Assembly (NCBI GenBank): GCA_964591975.1
Contig: CAZQBR010000002.1
Coordinates: forward strand, 1-29,002
Direction of reading: 5' to 3'
Origin: an uncultured Dehalococcoidales bacterium
GTDB taxonomy: Bacteria > Chloroflexota > Dehalococcoidia > GIF9 > AB-539-J10
Length of the DNA: 29,002 bases
The translations under genes and the position numbers were made by a program. The notes below the pieces were generated by a model. It was not told where the DNA came from. It searched no databases and saw only the letters and a list, made by a program, of their open reading frames with translations. Shown piece by piece: positions 27,019-29,002 of this stretch; position 1 is the stretch's first letter; every line of letters begins with the position of its first letter.

Positions 27019-27789
27019 ATGAAACTGGAAGGTAAGATATCCATCGTCACCGGTGGTGGTACGGGACTGGGGAAGGCTATCGCTTTAGAATTTGCAAACG
27101 CTGGGGCTGATGTCGTGGTCTGTAGTCGTAGTATAGGCAACCTTGAGAAAGTTCGGGACGAGATTATGGCTTTAGGGAGACGTTCACTGGCCATAGCTAC
27201 CGATGTATGTGTCAAAGAGCAAGTAGATAACATGGTGAAAAAGGTAATAGATGAATTTGGTAGAATCGACATCTTGGTGAATAATGCTGGGACGGACCGC
27301 CTTATTCCTATCCTGGATTTAACAGAGGAGGTCTGGGATCTAATATTAGATACAAACCTTAAAGGGGTCTTCTTGTGCACGCAGGCTGTAGCTAAGCACA
27401 TGATGGAACGGAAATACGGGAAAATCATCAATATCTCATCCACAGCTGCACTAGGCGCTATTGTGCCGGGGATGAACGTTTACGCTGCTTCGAAATTTGG
27501 TGTCACTGGATTCACGAAGGCCTGTGCTAGAGAATTTGGGGTGTATGGAATAAATGTCAACGCGATTGCGCCTGGGAGAATTCTAACCGACATCGTTTAC
27601 GCCAGTAGGACGCCGGAACAAGTAAAGCAGTGGATCGAAGTTAGTAAGCCGGCCACCATTCTTGGGCGGCTCGGTGTTCCTGAGGATATCGCACATCTGG
27701 CTCTGTTCTTATCTTCGGATGACGCGTCTTTCATAACTGCGGAGACGATTGCTTGCAATGGCGGTAGGATCAATCTAATGGGTCGCTAA
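27019..27789 (+). CDS. Short-chain dehydrogenase/reductase (FabG-like), substrate unknown
   Basis: TGGGTGLG, DILVNNAG, NISS, YAASK, NAIAPG; AAGGAG RBS. Confidence 0.93.
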   Translation: MKLEGKISIVTGGGTGLGKAIALEFANAGADVVVCSRSIGNLEKVRDEIMALGRRSLAIATDVCVKEQVDNMVKKVIDEFGRIDILVNNAGTDRLIPILDLTEEVWDLILDTNLKGVFLCTQAVAKHMMERKYGKIINISSTAALGAIVPGMNVYAASKFGVTGFTKACAREFGVYGINVNAIAPGRILTDIVYASRTPEQVKQWIEVSKPATILGRLGVPEDIAHLALFLSSDDASFITAETIACNGGRINLMGR

Positions 27790-28341
27790 TTAGTAATGGT
27801 TTCAGTAGCATTTAACTCGATAATTATTCTGACTGCTTCAAGCACCGCGGGTTTAAATTTGGTGTGGTGAAAGGATAATAGGACAACACCACTTATTTTA
27901 AAGGCCGGCTCTGCTAGGGGAAACTGAGATACTAGCCTTTTTCATCCGGCTAGTTTAAATAGCTCCTTTCCACCTCCCGTGTGGCGCCTCAGGTGTAATC
28001 AGGCAAGTGGCATGCCGCTACCACTGTTTCTTTAAGACCTTCCGAAGTGAGCAACGTGGGATGAAGTGAGGATGATACCTTTAGCCCCGGGATGTTTGGT
28101 TTAATTTCTGCTAACATTTTGCAAACAAACTGATTGATATGCCCCAGCACTGGATGCCACCACAGATACAAAATGAATCTTTCCACTCAACAAAATAGCA
28201 CTTATTTGTATCTGTGGTCATGAGATGGCATAGAGTGTTTGGGGCTCTTAATCAGCCAATTTCCAGCCTGACTTGATTTTCTCACCCCGCGTCTGCTGCA
28301 CTCTCCTTCAAAGGAGGCAAGCGGGTTTCGCCTTTTCTCTG

Positions 28342-28390
28342 GCCTGTTTTACACACAGGAGGTCAGAGGTTCAAGTCCTCTACCACCCAC
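28342..28390 (+). tRNA. 3' fragment of tRNA-Val(TAC), non-functional, att-like remnant
   Basis: Anticodon arm CCTGT-TTTACAC-ACAGG, T-arm AGAGG-TTCAAGT-CCTCT, acceptor 3' strand ACCACCC-A. No GGGTGGT or D-arm upstream. Confidence 0.88.
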
Positions 28391-28431
28391 TTTAAAGCCC
28401 ACACAAAAGCCAAATTTCTATACCTTTAGGG

Positions 28432-28587
28432 TTAAAAGAGGTAAGCAATAACTGCTATTATTCCTGCCACAATCAGATAAATGCCTACCAAATAATTGAG
28501 AATTTTGGGGAAAATCATCACTATGATGCCAAAGATTAAACTAGCTATCCCTATAATTAGACCTACACTACCATGTATGATAGGCAT
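28432..28587 (-). CDS. 51-aa membrane protein, DUF3096-like (not in the ORF track)
   Basis: MPIIHGSVGLIIGIASLIFGIIVMIFPKILNYLVGIYLIVAGIIAVIAYLF*; strong AGGAGGTGA RBS; FP-x-x-LNY-x-V-x-IYLI signature. Confidence 0.82.
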   Translation of the reverse strand: MPIIHGSVGLIIGIASLIFGIIVMIFPKILNYLVGIYLIVAGIIAVIAYLF

Positions 28588-28773
28588 AAGCTATCACCTC
28601 CTGTAGTTCAATTGTGGTATTGTGCCACAAGAACAAATATTTATTCAATAGTTCCAAACTTATCCTCGAGGCTCCAGTCTCAGTAATAGCGATAATCGTA
28701 GAGGGCAAGATTAAAGACTCGACCTATGGCTCTGAAGGCCCATGGCTACAATTGCTGTTTCCCAATTATAATG

Positions 28774-28819
28774 CCGAGGCTCTAGCCTCGGTGGGGGGCA
28801 TGGAGCTTTAGCCCCATGC
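28774..28819. repeat. Tandem hairpins resembling IS200/IS605 subterminal or REP hairpins
   Basis: CCGAGGC-TCTA-GCCTCGG (7-bp perfect stem) and GGCATGGAGC-TTTA-GCCCCATGCC (9/10 stem). Confidence 0.55.
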
Positions 28820-28908
28820 CTGCCAGCCCATTCCTATATTGCGGAACTGGCTTGACTTCCATTACATTGGTTGATGTTTTAATAGTGTAGCTAAGAATCG
28901 TTCACAAG

Positions 28909-28937
28909 TTGACTCACTTAGCTTCTACTGGTAACAT
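28909..28937 (+). promoter_or_regulatory. sigma70 promoter of the SRP RNA
   Basis: TTGACT (28909-28914), 17-bp spacer, extended -10 TGG-TAACAT (28932-28937). Confidence 0.7.
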
Positions 28938-28946
28938 CGCTAGGTA

Positions 28947-29002
28947 GGCCGTGCTAGGTGGGGAGCTAGCGGTGCCCTGTACCCGAAAACCGCTATAGCG
29001 GG
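28947..29002 (+). ncRNA. ffs: 5' (Alu) portion of the large bacterial signal recognition particle RNA, truncated by the window end
   Basis: GCCGTGCTAGGTGGGGAGCTAGCGGTGCCCTGTACC closely matches the recalled 5' end of Bacillus subtilis scRNA; complementary segments TAGCGGT/ACCGCTA are present. Confidence 0.88.

Noticed and set aside
27989-28186. 65-aa minus-strand ORF, and 28614-28811 plus-strand ORF
   Set aside because: No RBS or motifs; they overlap inverted repeats and hairpins, so they are likely spurious.
28300-28335. 12-bp match ACTCTCCTTCAA with recG 5206-5217, and a CTCCTT-CA-AAGGAG hairpin
   Set aside because: 12-bp matches are expected by chance in 29 kb, so they are not enough to define a family.
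28300-28390. Complete or intron-containing tRNA-Val
   Set aside because: No GGGTGGT acceptor 5' strand or D-arm was found upstream in the window.
1-29002. CRISPR array, retron, reductive dehalogenase or prophage structural genes
   Set aside because: No regularly spaced repeats, reverse transcriptase, RdhA motifs or phage hallmark proteins were seen.

Overview
Chromosomal window that reads like a Dehalococcoidia (Chloroflexota) genome; this is inferred from protein style and gene order, with no database search. Positions 1-2181 (-) hold a long secreted beta-helix protein that runs off the window edge and is missing from the ORF track. Positions 2303-19439 are core genes: argS, recG, DegV/FakB, DAK2/FakA, rpmB, rpe, an argJ-B-D-G-(MFS)-H cluster, and yebC-ruvC-ruvA. 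Positions 19489-29002 are accessory: a GNAT, a short stand-alone TruB, a 29-aa membrane peptide, a TGA-interrupted ORF, an SPL-like radical SAM protein, a coiled-coil protein, a Zn-ribbon (TackOD1-like) protein with two tandem degenerate restriction-endonuclease folds, prepilin peptidase, an internally deleted IS481-like element, an SDR, an orphan 3' half of tRNA-Val(TAC), a DUF3096-like peptide, IS200/IS605-like hairpins and the 5' Alu domain of a large SRP RNA. The most notable unexplained structure is: (i) short palindromic repeats that have entered housekeeping ORFs in frame (argS start, argB C-terminus, recG linker), plus a 78-bp in-frame insertion in argS with degenerate flanking direct repeats; (ii) a decayed copy of the argH 5' end on the far side of the MFS gene; (iii) the Zn-ribbon/double-REase protein divergent from pilD; (iv) duplicated glycosidase-like propeller blades inserted into the beta-helix protein. 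No CRISPR array, integrase or intact tRNA was found. No complete novel system can be demonstrated from sequence alone.
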